64,000 nucleotides of DNA from Nitrospirales bacterium (GTDB taxonomy: Bacteria; Nitrospirota; Nitrospiria; Nitrospirales; UBA8639). The stretch covers positions 1,248,001 to 1,312,000 of the forward strand of contig CBDBCZ010000019.1 in NCBI GenBank assembly GCA_965203295.1, in the 5' to 3' direction. Under the pieces are notes generated by a model that was not told the origin of the DNA, did no database searches, and was given only the letters and a program-made list of their open reading frames with translations. Shown here piece after piece: positions 11,205-21,148 of this stretch (the first letter of the stretch is position 1; every line of letters starts with the position of its first letter). Made by a program: the position numbers and the translations under genes.

Positions 11205-12479
11205 ATGAAAATTTTGGTTGTTGGCAGTGGAGGACGAGAACATGCCCTGGTTTGGAAATTGGCACAAAGTCATCGAGTGTCAAAGGTCTACTGCGCGCCG
11301 GGGAATGCCGGCATCAGTCAATTAGCAACGTGTGTGCCCATTCTGGGTGATGACCTCGCCGGGCTTAAATCGTTCGTCCAACAAGAACCGATTGATCTGA
11401 CGGTTGTAGGACCCGAGGTTCCTCTCGCCTTAGGCATTGCTGACGAATTCCGTCGTGCCAAGTTGAGAATATTTGGACCCACCCGGAATGCGGCCAAAAT
11501 TGAGTCAAGCAAACGGTTTTCCAAAGACCTCATGATTCGACAAGACATCCCGACCCCTCGAGCCCCAACCTTTACCAGTCTTGACCAAGCCCTGGCTTAT
11601 CTGGACACGTGCTCTATGCCTATCGTGATCAAAGCTGATGGGTTAGCTCAGGGAAAGGGTGTGGTGGTAGCGAAAACTTTACAGGAGGCGCAGGAAACCC
11701 TAGTCGGCATGTTAGAGCGCCATCAGTTTGGTTCAGCAGGATCTCAAGTATTGGTTGAAGATTTCGTGGAAGGAGATGAGCTCACGGTCATGGCGTTTGC
11801 GGATGGGAAAACCGTGGTTCCGATGATTGGATCTCAAGATCACAAAAGAGTGGGGGAGGGAGATACAGGCGCGAATACGGGTGGAATAGGGGCCTATGCT
11901 CCGACACCACTGCTCTCCCCAAGTTTACGAAACCGGATCTTGCAAGACATCTTATACCCAGCGATTGAATGGCTTTCTCGAGTCGGAAGTCCGTTCTACG
12001 GTATCCTTTATGCAGGATTGATGGTGAAGGAGGATCAACCATTCGCATTAGAGTTTAATGCTCGTTTTGGTGATCCCGAAACTCAGGTTGTCTTACCATT
12101 GTTAAAAACTGATTTGCTTGAGATCCTAGAGGCCGTGATTGAACACCGTTTAGACCAGTTGAACCTTGAATGGCATGAGAGTTCGGCCGTCTGCGTGGTT
12201 CTCACTTCGGAGGGGTACCCTGGAACCTACCATACGGACCTTCCCATTTTGGGCTTACCTGAAAGCCATTCTGATCAAGAGGTCACGATATTTCATGCAG
12301 GAACCGCCTGGAAAGACCATCAAATCGTGACGGCAGGAGGGCGCGTATTGGGCGTCACGGGTATTGGCCCAGATATTCAATCCGCTCGTGATCGCGCTTA
12401 TGCTACAGTCCAAGGCATTTCTTTCCAGGGACGATATTATCGGAAGGATATTGCCTGCCGTGCCCTAACAAACTCTTGA
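11205..12479 (+). CDS. purD: phosphoribosylamine-glycine ligase
   Basis: MKILVVGSGGREHAL, APGNAG and EFNARFGDPETQ motifs. Confidence 0.97.
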   Translation: MKILVVGSGGREHALVWKLAQSHRVSKVYCAPGNAGISQLATCVPILGDDLAGLKSFVQQEPIDLTVVGPEVPLALGIADEFRRAKLRIFGPTRNAAKIESSKRFSKDLMIRQDIPTPRAPTFTSLDQALAYLDTCSMPIVIKADGLAQGKGVVVAKTLQEAQETLVGMLERHQFGSAGSQVLVEDFVEGDELTVMAFADGKTVVPMIGSQDHKRVGEGDTGANTGGIGAYAPTPLLSPSLRNRILQDILYPAIEWLSRVGSPFYGILYAGLMVKEDQPFALEFNARFGDPETQVVLPLLKTDLLEILEAVIEHRLDQLNLEWHESSAVCVVLTSEGYPGTYHTDLPILGLPESHSDQEVTIFHAGTAWKDHQIVTAGGRVLGVTGIGPDIQSARDRAYATVQGISFQGRYYRKDIACRALTNS

Positions 12480-12511
12480 AAAAGTTCACCAGTGTTGTTT
12501 TTTTCTGTCAA

Positions 12512-12622
12512 ATCCTGGATGTCGCCTTCCACTCTGAGTATGACGAGTCAGGAATTCCTACTCTGGTACTTGATCTCTCTGATTCATCTACCACTGTCCG
12601 TCATCTGAAACTCAAGTTTTTA
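12512..12622 (+). repeat. degenerate partial copy of the miniature element at 45422-45648
   Basis: Shares ATCCTGGATG..ATGAC, CAGGAATTC and a 25/28 match of TGTCCGTCATCTGAAACTCAAGTTTTTA with 45551-45645. Confidence 0.7.
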
Positions 12623-12647
12623 TCCAGCACAGGAAGGGGAAATTTTT

Positions 12648-13289
12648 ATGGCGAAGGTTCTTCCTTTTTTTGAGGAACTTTCTAGGCCTGACTTTGAGGA
12701 AACCCTCCATTGTTTAAGGGTAGGCGGTGTGGTTTCTCTTCCCACCGAAAGCTTTTACGCCCTATCCGCTTCGGCTACTCATTTGGGAGGAACGGCTCGA
12801 GTGCAGGCCATGAAACAGCAGCCTCCGGAGAAACCAATTTTGGTTCTTATTGGAAACCGTGAGCGGCTTTCTACCCTCGTTTCTTCTGTTCCCTCGGCTG
12901 CTATTCCTCTGATGGATCGATTTTGGCCAGGTCCGTTGACGTTGATATTTCCAGCCTCTTCACTTCCCAGTGAATTAACAGGAGGAACCCGTACCATTGG
13001 GATTCGGCAACCGGGAAATGCGAAGTTGTGTTCCTTGCTATGTGAAACAGGACCTCTTACAGGGACCAGTGCGAATCGTTATGACCATCCTTCTCCCCGA
13101 ACTGCTCAGGAAGTTCAAGAAACTCTGGGCGAAGAAGTAGATTTAATTCTTGACGCGGGATCAACCCCAGGTGGATTGGCCTCAACCGTTTTAACCCTTC
13201 ATGATGGGATTCATGTGATCAGGGAAGGGCCTATTTCCATCGATCAGATTAGAGAATATCTCTTACCTCTTGGGTTACATCTTGCCTAA
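12648..13289 (+). CDS. tsaC: L-threonylcarbamoyladenylate synthase (Sua5/YrdC family)
   Basis: PTESFYAL, FWPGPLTLI, TSAN and IREGPI motifs. Confidence 0.9.
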   Translation: MAKVLPFFEELSRPDFEETLHCLRVGGVVSLPTESFYALSASATHLGGTARVQAMKQQPPEKPILVLIGNRERLSTLVSSVPSAAIPLMDRFWPGPLTLIFPASSLPSELTGGTRTIGIRQPGNAKLCSLLCETGPLTGTSANRYDHPSPRTAQEVQETLGEEVDLILDAGSTPGGLASTVLTLHDGIHVIREGPISIDQIREYLLPLGLHLA

Positions 13290-13337
13290 GGTTTCTTTCA
13301 TTTGGCTAGGGGAGATCAGTGGAGCACAAAGAAGTTT

Positions 13338-14123
13338 TTAGGCCTTTTGAATAGATAAGCTTAAATTGCGCGGGCGAACCATTCCAGTTTCTGCGATTGA
13401 GGATGGTTGGACTTCTGGCGGATGAGGATACTCATGAAGGTCCAAGAGAAAATGCCCGAAGTCCCATCGATTCAAAGGTTGAGGTCCAGCGACGTGAAGA
13501 ATTCCGTGAACGGTTGACTCGGCGAGTTCCAGAAGGGCTTGTGATAGAGTCTCGATCCATATCGGGCAGCGGACTTCGTCTTTGAACAATTTAATGGGTA
13601 TTCTATTTTCAAGAGAATTGAGAAGCCATTGGGTCTGATGATCGGGTGGATTCCTCCCATAAATCAGAGAAGAGCGAACGATTAAAGATTGGGGAGAATT
13701 AGACCCTATAGCTTTTTCAGCCTGGACTTTAGCCGTCTCGTAGGGAGTCAGTGGGGAAGGTGGGTCCTCTTCTGTGTAAGGGGCATGTTCGCCATCGAAT
13801 ACCATATCTGTGGATAGGTGAATAAGGCGGAAACCGAACTGGGCGGCAGCCTCGGCCAGATTGACTGCTGCTGGAAGGATGGAATCCAAGTCTGCCTGGG
13901 TTTGATTAGAGCAGGCTGCATGAATGACGATATCGGGATTACTGGCTTTGATCAACTGATTGACGGCTGATAGATTACGTAAAGCACATTGGTGAAAGGT
14001 GATTCCTGGGAATGGCTTTGGAATATGACGATGATAGGTCGCATGGGTGTTCCATTGAATGGCTTTTTTGATGAGATTCCGGCCCACATAGCCTAATCCA
14101 CCTATAATTAATAAATTCTTCAT
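13338..14123 (-). CDS. RmlD-like SDR oxidoreductase, possibly C-terminally truncated by TAA (frame continues to 13275)
   Basis: GGLGYVG, HLSTDMVFDG..PYTEED and RPRNLSL motifs. After IQKA* the frame continues KLLCAPLISP, as expected for KA-x-xLL. Confidence 0.8.
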   Translation of the reverse strand: MKNLLIIGGLGYVGRNLIKKAIQWNTHATYHRHIPKPFPGITFHQCALRNLSAVNQLIKASNPDIVIHAACSNQTQADLDSILPAAVNLAEAAAQFGFRLIHLSTDMVFDGEHAPYTEEDPPSPLTPYETAKVQAEKAIGSNSPQSLIVRSSLIYGRNPPDHQTQWLLNSLENRIPIKLFKDEVRCPIWIETLSQALLELAESTVHGILHVAGPQPLNRWDFGHFLLDLHEYPHPPEVQPSSIAETGMVRPRNLSLSIQKA

Positions 14124-14225
14124 CCTTTCGGAGTTTCCTTAGTTCATGAGAACCCTTCCTTGTACGGATGCGAATGGTTTTTTTACAATATTAAAGAGTC
14201 ACTCAACAAATAGGTTGTCTTAGCC

Positions 14226-15254
14226 ATGATCGATTTACGAAGCGATACTGTCACTCAACCTTCTGCATCCATGCGTGAAGCGATGGCTCACGCGCAGGTT
14301 GGTGACGATGTGTATGGGGAAGATCCAACCGTTAACCGCCTTGAGAAGATGGCGGCTGATTTGTTGGGGAAAGAAGCTGCGCTCTTTGTGCCTTCAGGTG
14401 TGATGGGTAACCAGTTGTCTATTCGAGTTCATACCCAGCCTGGGGATGAGGTGATTGTCGAAAGTGTTTCTCATATCATCCGGTATGAAGGGGGATCCGC
14501 GTCTGCGCTTTCTCAAGTCCAATTGTGCTGCGTCTCTGGTAATAGAGGAATCCTCTCACCGGATAAGGTAGAAGCGGCTATTCGTCACCGAGATGTTCAT
14601 AACCCACCGACGACGTTGCTGTGCTTGGAGCAAACGCACAATACAGGCGGAGGATCGCTGTATCCTCTCTCGACGATTCAATCCCTTTCAACTCTCGCTC
14701 GACAACATGGGTTATCTCTGCATTTGGATGGTGCTCGGCTCTTCAATGCTGTAGTGGCCTCCAGGGTACCTGCCGCCGAGTATGCACGGTATTTCGATAC
14801 GATATCATTTTGTTTGTCCAAAGGCTTGGGAGCTCCGGTGGGCTCTATTGTTGTGTCAACGGCTGAGACGGTTTCCAAGCTGCGACGGTTACGGAAAATG
14901 TTTGGGGGTGGGATGCGGCAAGTCGGCATCCTGGCAGCGGCTGGAATCTATGCATTGCAGCATAATATTTCTCGCTTAAAAGAAGACCATGATAACGCCA
15001 AACAGCTCGCGCTCTTACTCCAACAAATTCCGACCGTGTATGTCGACCCTGATAAAGTCGAGACGAACATCGTGGTCTTTGAAGTCGTCGGAGTCACTCG
15101 CTCCATCCAAGATCTTCTAGAAGACTTTCGAAAATCAGGTGTCCTTCTCAATGCCATGGGAGATCGGGTTTTCCGTGCGGTAACCCACCTTGATGTCGGG
15201 TCCACAGACATTGAAAAAGCTGGGAAAACCTTCGCCGAGGTGCTAGCCTCTTGA
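14226..15254 (+). CDS. ltaE: low-specificity L-threonine aldolase
   Basis: [30 protein letters not shown] and [12 protein letters not shown] motifs. Confidence 0.95.
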   Translation: MIDLRSDTVTQPSASMREAMAHAQVGDDVYGEDPTVNRLEKMAADLLGKEAALFVPSGVMGNQLSIRVHTQPGDEVIVESVSHIIRYEGGSASALSQVQLCCVSGNRGILSPDKVEAAIRHRDVHNPPTTLLCLEQTHNTGGGSLYPLSTIQSLSTLARQHGLSLHLDGARLFNAVVASRVPAAEYARYFDTISFCLSKGLGAPVGSIVVSTAETVSKLRRLRKMFGGGMRQVGILAAAGIYALQHNISRLKEDHDNAKQLALLLQQIPTVYVDPDKVETNIVVFEVVGVTRSIQDLLEDFRKSGVLLNAMGDRVFRAVTHLDVGSTDIEKAGKTFAEVLAS

Positions 15255-15337
15255 ATCGAAATGTCACTTTAGGAAAAAAGGGGGATTTCGGATACGTAGG
15301 TGTTGTCAGTGGGCTGAAGACACCTTCGACAGAGATT

Positions 15338-16084
15338 ATGCGACTCGATGATTGTGAAAATCGTAAAGGTCCAGTGCAACGTGCCTATCGCGCCCTCTCC
15401 AGAGACGTGAGAAAGTTACGGAGACGATTAAGTGATAGATGGGCTTATCTCTATACCTTCGTTTCGTCCCAGTTGTTCAAGAAGCCAAGTGTGTATGTGA
15501 TTGGAGATAGTCACGTAGGAGTTTTTGAAGGTCAAAAGAACTTTTTGGTTCATAAGGTCGGCTCGGCGACTGCGTACAACCTCAATAAGAGTGACAGTAC
15601 GACACAATCTGGAATAAGACTTTTTGAGGCTTTGCGGAAAGTCAGGCCAGGCGATATTGTCCTTTTTTCGTTCGGAGAGATCGACTGCAGAATTCATATT
15701 TATTATCAATTCAAAAAGCTGGGTGAGCGAATACCGATCTCGACCTTAATCAAAAAGACAGTTGCGAATTACAGGGATGTTTTACAGGTCGTGGCTGACC
15801 GAGGTGTGAATTTTTGTGTCTATGGTATCCCTCCGGCAGGTAAACAAGAAAATAACTACGAGTACCCGTTTTACGGTGATGCTGCCACACGTGCACAGAT
15901 TTATCAGGAGTTTAATGATGAACTTCGGAAGATGTGTGAAGCATCCGGATTCAGATTCATCGATGTTTTGTCGAAAGTGAAGGACCAGGATGGATTAATT
16001 TCGGTGGAATTTGCTTCCCCAGATGGGGTCTATTTAAGCTCCAAGGTGGTTCAAAGCCGAGTTAAATCGAGAACTCGGTCTTAA
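15338..16084 (+). CDS. SGNH/GDSL hydrolase-like protein (catalytic His apparently replaced)
   Basis: VIGDSH block I and FGEIDCR. DGVYL stands where DGxH is expected. Start uncertain (ORF from 15251). Confidence 0.65.
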   Translation: MRLDDCENRKGPVQRAYRALSRDVRKLRRRLSDRWAYLYTFVSSQLFKKPSVYVIGDSHVGVFEGQKNFLVHKVGSATAYNLNKSDSTTQSGIRLFEALRKVRPGDIVLFSFGEIDCRIHIYYQFKKLGERIPISTLIKKTVANYRDVLQVVADRGVNFCVYGIPPAGKQENNYEYPFYGDAATRAQIYQEFNDELRKMCEASGFRFIDVLSKVKDQDGLISVEFASPDGVYLSSKVVQSRVKSRTRS

Positions 16085-16340
16085 GGTATAACTGAAGGGG
16101 ACGCTTCTTCTCACTGCCCCGTACTCACTAGTTGAATCTCTCTGTTACAATGGAATTTCAACCTCATTTTTGCTCTCTTACTGTGTGCTCAAAAGTCTGG
16201 CCCTGAGATCCGTCAACGAGGTTGGTGGTTGAGAGAATGCTGCTGACGTAAACCCTTTTTTCTGGCATGTTGGAAATTGATGCGATCGAAGAGACAGTGT
16301 CTCGTCTCAATGATGAGGCATGTATACCCGTTAGGATGTG

Positions 16341-16370
16341 TTGACAGAATTCATGGCGTGTTTCTAGAAT
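16341..16370 (+). promoter_or_regulatory. sigma70-like promoter
   Basis: TTGACA-N18-TAGAAT, followed by an AGGAGG RBS before 16400. Confidence 0.6.
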
Positions 16371-16399
16371 CTTTTTGGTGTTAACTCAGGAGGGAAGGG

Positions 16400-16636
16400 T
16401 TGACTTTAAAAGCTGTTTCGTTTGAACAAATCAAACACATTCTCGAGTTGACGGATCGACTTGATATCAACCGGGAATGGGTGGAAATCCCTCTTTCCCC
16501 GGATTCGTCTGGCATGGTTAGAAAATTACCCAATGGGAAGCTGGAAATCGTGGTTGATGCGGATTGCCCATTCGAAGAATGGCTAGCATCTTTAGAAGAA
16601 AAAATCCAAGAGGTCTGGAGTACGTCCCATAGCTAG
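16400..16636 (+). CDS. small hypothetical protein
   Basis: 78-aa ORF with promoter and RBS upstream; protein-like composition. Confidence 0.7.
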   Translation: MTLKAVSFEQIKHILELTDRLDINREWVEIPLSPDSSGMVRKLPNGKLEIVVDADCPFEEWLASLEEKIQEVWSTSHS

Positions 16637-16692
16637 GACCTGATGATTCTTGAATTTCGTAGAAATTAGGACAGGAAAGGGTCTTGAACGAT

Positions 16693-16899
16693 ATGGCAGT
16701 GCGTGATCGCGAATGGCCAGGTTATACCGCGTGGTTTTGTTGTTCAACTTGCGGTCGATTATGGACCTTTCAAGGAAATGATGTGGTTGCCCTGGATCCC
16801 AAATTCGTACTAGGACCGGCCAAGCCCAGTGAAGGGGTTACGTGTCGTACGTGTGCAGTCTGTGAAGGGACGCAAAGCGAGCCAGCGGCTGAAATTTAA
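16693..16899 (+). CDS. small Cys-rich (CCxxC...CxxCxxC) putative metal-binding protein
   Basis: FCCSTCGR and TCRTCAVC, with a purine-rich RBS upstream. Confidence 0.6.
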   Translation: MAVRDREWPGYTAWFCCSTCGRLWTFQGNDVVALDPKFVLGPAKPSEGVTCRTCAVCEGTQSEPAAEI

Positions 16900-16963
16900 C
16901 CGCGCCTCCAGAGAAATTAGATTTCCCCTTTCTTGATCTTTTCTTTTTTTAACAGTCTCTTTT

Positions 16964-17389
16964 TTATCCTAATGAAACGGATTGTCCTTTAAGATCCGTT
17001 TCCCCACTCTTGGTGCTTGTTTTATGAACAGACCATTCTAGTGGAGTGATTTTCATCAGGTGACCCTTGAGGGTATAAAACTGTCCCTTGGAAATCACAA
17101 CACGGTCCTCTTCCTTTAAATCGATCTTCAAAACTTCTTCCCCTTGTTCCAGATCAGTTAAAACCAGGCTTGTTGGGTCTTTTGTTAACTGGTAGATTCC
17201 TCGCTCATTAGTGGCCAGTGTGCTATTCATTAATTTCCCTGGCATTTTTCCGACAGAATCAAAAATCGCAAAGTTGATCTTGAGGGGCCCGCCAGATTTG
17301 GCAAGAGAAATTTCCAATTGAAGCACTCCTTCAATTTCCACATTACCATCGGTGTTGCGATAAAGATGCGGACCAATTTGGATGTCCAT
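16964..17389 (-). CDS. hypothetical beta-rich protein
   Basis: ORF from MDIQIGP, co-oriented downstream of comM. Confidence 0.65.
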   Translation of the reverse strand: MDIQIGPHLYRNTDGNVEIEGVLQLEISLAKSGGPLKINFAIFDSVGKMPGKLMNSTLATNERGIYQLTKDPTSLVLTDLEQGEEVLKIDLKEEDRVVISKGQFYTLKGHLMKITPLEWSVHKTSTKSGETDLKGQSVSLG

Positions 17390-17405
17390 AAAGCCAATCC
17401 TCTTT

Positions 17406-17624
17406 CTAAGTCTCAGATTTTCGTATTCGATTGAGAATAAGGGCAATACATCCCCCTAAGAGCCCACCACCGAGAATCGGTGTCACCAATTCTATAAGCT
17501 TGATATCCCATAGCGGCCCCCTTGTTTCCATGATGTCTCGAATGCCTCCTTGAATGAGGATCACGGCCAATGCCATGAGGGCTCCAATCATAAACCACCA
17601 AATAAAGATTTTAAGGGAACTCAT
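17406..17624 (-). CDS. small two-TM membrane protein
   Basis: Two hydrophobic segments; directly follows comM. Confidence 0.65.
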   Translation of the reverse strand: MSSLKIFIWWFMIGALMALAVILIQGGIRDIMETRGPLWDIKLIELVTPILGGGLLGGCIALILNRIRKSET

Positions 17625-17636
17625 GAGAATCAGTGC

Positions 17637-19163
17637 TTACAAAGGGACTTGGCGATCAAGGCTCCGATAGTGGACAGCTTCAGCCAAATGCTGAGGTGTT
17701 ATATTCGCTGAGTTTGCCAAATCTGCAATGGTTCGGGCAACGCGGAGGATCTGGCCATGGGCTCGAGCAGAGAGGCCAAGCTGGGCCACGGCTGTGTCCA
17801 GTAAGTTTTGCCCAACGGAATCGATTTGGCAATATTTCTTGATATGGCGTGGTTTCATCTGTGAATTGCAGTAAAAGCGTTCCTTCAGATACCGAGTGGA
17901 TTGATGAGACCGCGCCTGCGTCACACGATGGCGTATCGTTTCTGAATCTTCTTGAGGATCTGATCGATTCAATTCGGAAGCGGGAACTGCGGGTACTTCA
18001 AGATGAATATCGAGCCGATCAAGAAGGGGACCGGAGAGCCGCGATCGATAACGACGAATCTGGTAGGGTGTACAGAGACATTCTCGAGTGTGATCTCCGT
18101 AATAACCACAGGGGCAGGGGTTCATCGCAGCCACAAGCATAATGTTCGCTGGATACTTTAAGGAGGCGTTGACTCGTGTGATGGTGACAGTGCCGTCTTC
18201 CAAGGGTTGACGGAGGCTATCCAGAAGGGGTCGTTTAAACTCAAGACACTCATCCAGGAAGAGTACGCCATGATGGGCTAAAGACACTTCTCCTGGAAGA
18301 GGGATCGTACCCCCACCAATTAATCCGGCTTCCGATATACTATGATGAGGTGCTCGAAAAGGTCGAGTGGTCATTAAGGCCTTGCCAATCGGTAAAGTTC
18401 CAAACACGCTATGAACCCTGGTGGTCTCTAGCGCTTCCTCGCGTTGGAGAGGGGGAAGAATTCCGGATAACCGTTGGGCCAACATGGTTTTTCCTGACCC
18501 TGGAGGGCCTACCAATAACACATTGTGCCCACCGGCTTCGGCAATTTCCAGTGCACGCTTGGCCAGACCCTGTCCCTGGACATCTGCAAAATTGTCTTCA
18601 AACTCCAGTGGAGATCGGACCAGGTCGAATGGATGTACGGTGATGGGTGAAAGCGAAATCCGACCTTGAAGAAATTCGACAACCTCTGGAAGCGTCTTAA
18701 CCCCATAGACTTTGACTTCATCAACCATGGCGGCTTCGGCCGCATTTTCATCCGGTACAAGGAGAGGATGACGGTGTTGGCAGGTTATCCCGATCGATAA
18801 GGCACCTGAGATCGGTTTGATTCGGCCATCAAGCGAAAGCTCACCGACGAGCACATAGTGTTTGACTGCCTCGGCCGATAGGACTTGCTCGGCGACCAAG
18901 ATCCCTATCGCAATTCCTAGATCGAGTCCAGATCCTTCTTTTTTTACTCCTGCAGGGGCCAAATTTACTGTGATCTTTTTTGCTGGGAATGAAAAGCCAG
19001 AATTCTTCAGCGCAGCGCGTACGCGATCACGGCTTTTCTGAACAGTTGCATCGGTAAGGCCGACAATGGAAAATTGAGGTAAGCCCCCTCCAATATCAAC
19101 TTCAACTTCAATGATATGGGCCTCTAAACCCAGTAATCCAGCGCTTAAGACTTTAGCTAGCAT
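17637..19163 (-). CDS. comM: YifB/ComM Mg-chelatase-like AAA+ ATPase
   Basis: ITVNLAPA, GPPGSGKTMLA, PFRAPHH, AAMNPCPCG and SGPLLDRLD motifs. Confidence 0.93.
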   Translation of the reverse strand: MLAKVLSAGLLGLEAHIIEVEVDIGGGLPQFSIVGLTDATVQKSRDRVRAALKNSGFSFPAKKITVNLAPAGVKKEGSGLDLGIAIGILVAEQVLSAEAVKHYVLVGELSLDGRIKPISGALSIGITCQHRHPLLVPDENAAEAAMVDEVKVYGVKTLPEVVEFLQGRISLSPITVHPFDLVRSPLEFEDNFADVQGQGLAKRALEIAEAGGHNVLLVGPPGSGKTMLAQRLSGILPPLQREEALETTRVHSVFGTLPIGKALMTTRPFRAPHHSISEAGLIGGGTIPLPGEVSLAHHGVLFLDECLEFKRPLLDSLRQPLEDGTVTITRVNASLKYPANIMLVAAMNPCPCGYYGDHTRECLCTPYQIRRYRSRLSGPLLDRLDIHLEVPAVPASELNRSDPQEDSETIRHRVTQARSHQSTRYLKERFYCNSQMKPRHIKKYCQIDSVGQNLLDTAVAQLGLSARAHGQILRVARTIADLANSANITPQHLAEAVHYRSLDRQVPL

Positions 19164-19288
19164 AACGTTTTATTCTTGAGGCAGGGAAAAGAAGAAATAA
19201 CGTTGGCAATTTAAAAAGTTTTTCTCAACATGAAATGGCCACGACGTTCGAAATCGTTCAAGAAATCCAGAAAAGATACCGTTAAATA

Positions 19289-19981
19289 ATGGCTAAGGAT
19301 TATAGGCGGGGTTTCAATAAAAGGAAACTCATCGAGGCGATGACTCAGGCTTCTTTCCAGATGAGACGGCGTGAATATGGTTTAATGTGTGTCGGCCTCT
19401 TTCTTTGTGTGTCCCTGCTTCTCGTTCCTCGTTCTCTCTATGCGACTGAAAAGAGAGATTGGGAAGCCGGAAGGTCCGTACCCACTGAACGAACGGTGGC
19501 AGCCGTATCTTCTCGGGCTTCGGCTACACAAGTGGGCTCAATCATGGCCTTGCTGGCTACCTTTGAGGAAGCGAGAGTGTTACCACCTGAAGGTAGTCCT
19601 GAAGCAGATCAATTGATCCATGCTCTGATTCAGTTTCAATCCGTATTTATGAAAAGTTCTGACCCTGCTGTGAGGAAATATTTCACTGGGGCCATGCGAT
19701 CATATTTTTTTGATCAAGCTGACGAGAGGGAACAACTCTTCCTTTCACGTGGATGGACGTCGGAGATTCTCGAAGCAGTATTACTCTATGAGGCCTATCC
19801 ACAATCGTGGAAGGGATCTGCCCTGGACTCGGCGTTCGCGTCATATAATGTGGATCGAAAGGATTTCTATGAACTCCGTGAGGTCTTCAATCTGGCTAGA
19901 CGAAACTTATTGCAAAAGAGACAGGATATTCATGTGGTCTATCGGGTGCATCGAAAATTGATGCCAGGGGCATACCCTTGA
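19289..19981 (+). CDS. hypothetical exported protein (start uncertain)
   Basis: Long ORF with a signal-like hydrophobic segment. Confidence 0.6.
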   Translation: MAKDYRRGFNKRKLIEAMTQASFQMRRREYGLMCVGLFLCVSLLLVPRSLYATEKRDWEAGRSVPTERTVAAVSSRASATQVGSIMALLATFEEARVLPPEGSPEADQLIHALIQFQSVFMKSSDPAVRKYFTGAMRSYFFDQADEREQLFLSRGWTSEILEAVLLYEAYPQSWKGSALDSAFASYNVDRKDFYELREVFNLARRNLLQKRQDIHVVYRVHRKLMPGAYP

Positions 19982-20051
19982 GAAATTCAGATGACGCGAG
20001 TGGGAATGTTGGTTCTGGAGCAATCGTTTTTTCTCAAATAAGGAGGAGCAT

Positions 20052-20618
20052 ATGGTTTGGCATCACGTAAAAGCCAAGGTCTTAAAAGTTTTTGTGGGAA
20101 TCTTCTTTGTGATGGTGGGGATGAGTCCGATGGAGGGAGTCAGTGCGACGGCAGCGGTCGAAAGGCCTATCATCGAAAAGGGCTCAAGCAAAAATTTACG
20201 GTTAGCCAAGGTGTATCTTGCAGCCGGTGATTACCGTCGGGCTGTCGAATCGTGTCAACGTGAATTGGACGAAGCGCCTTCGGTCGAAAGCTATGTGTAT
20301 CTGACTTATGTGTATCATGCGATTGATGGCTATATGGAATGGTTGGCAAAAAGAGACGAATGGGGAAAGATTGGTCAACTTTCTCTTTCATTTACCTCTA
20401 GAGGTACGTATGACCTTGTCGATCCTCCGGACATCCTGGCCCGGATGGCGAAGGAACTCCTTCATGAAGGGTTGCGGCAACAGTTTGATCTGACCGCTTC
20501 GATGGCTAATCGTTTGGATAAAGCCCAAGTGGATGTCCTTTGGCAACAACAGACGGTTTGGCAAAATGCTCACCCTGATAGTTGGTGGGCTGGAATCCCA
20601 AAAGAATGGGCATGGTGA
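20052..20618 (+). CDS. hypothetical exported TPR-like protein
   Basis: AAGGAGG RBS, signal peptide and a TPR-like LAKVYLAAGDYRRAV segment. Confidence 0.7.
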   Translation: MVWHHVKAKVLKVFVGIFFVMVGMSPMEGVSATAAVERPIIEKGSSKNLRLAKVYLAAGDYRRAVESCQRELDEAPSVESYVYLTYVYHAIDGYMEWLAKRDEWGKIGQLSLSFTSRGTYDLVDPPDILARMAKELLHEGLRQQFDLTASMANRLDKAQVDVLWQQQTVWQNAHPDSWWAGIPKEWAW

Positions 20619-20701
20619 GCATAGAGGAGTGAGGCTATCTTCATTCCGGGAAATCATGTTCTTGTTCAAACACACCGTGTCATCGGAGAGGATTCGTGAA
20701 G

Positions 20702-20730
20702 TTGACAGACTTTGTGTGGGTAGTTAGGAT
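20702..20730 (+). promoter_or_regulatory. sigma70-like promoter of trxA-recN
   Basis: TTGACA-N17-TAGGAT. Confidence 0.55.
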
Positions 20731-20773
20731 TGCAATCTGACATTAGGATAATGTTTCAACACAAGGAGGCGAT

Positions 20774-21121
20774 ATGTCAGATTTAGTTGCGCAAGCTGAT
20801 GGAACGAATTGGGATGCTGAAGTGTTACAATCTTCACAGTTAGTGATGGTGGATTTTTGGGCGGTTTGGTGTGGCCCCTGTCAAATGGTGACCCCGATTG
20901 TTGAAGAATTAGCAAAGGAATATTCCGATAAGCTCAAGGTCATGAAGCTCAATACGGATGAGGCTCCTGAGGTGGCGGGGCGTTACCAAATCATGAGCAT
21001 TCCCACAATTCTGTTTTTCAAGAATGGCCAACCAGTGGAAAAAATCGTTGGAGCTAGGCCGAAACCGCAGTTTAAACAAATCATCGATTCACTCCTCGCA
21101 AGGCAATCCGCCACGGCTTGA
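20774..21121 (+). CDS. trxA: thioredoxin
   Basis: VDFWAVWCGPC and SIPT motifs. Confidence 0.97.
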   Translation: MSDLVAQADGTNWDAEVLQSSQLVMVDFWAVWCGPCQMVTPIVEELAKEYSDKLKVMKLNTDEAPEVAGRYQIMSIPTILFFKNGQPVEKIVGARPKPQFKQIIDSLLARQSATA

Positions 21122-21148
21122 AGTGGGGTTGCCTAAGGCCCCGCTCAC

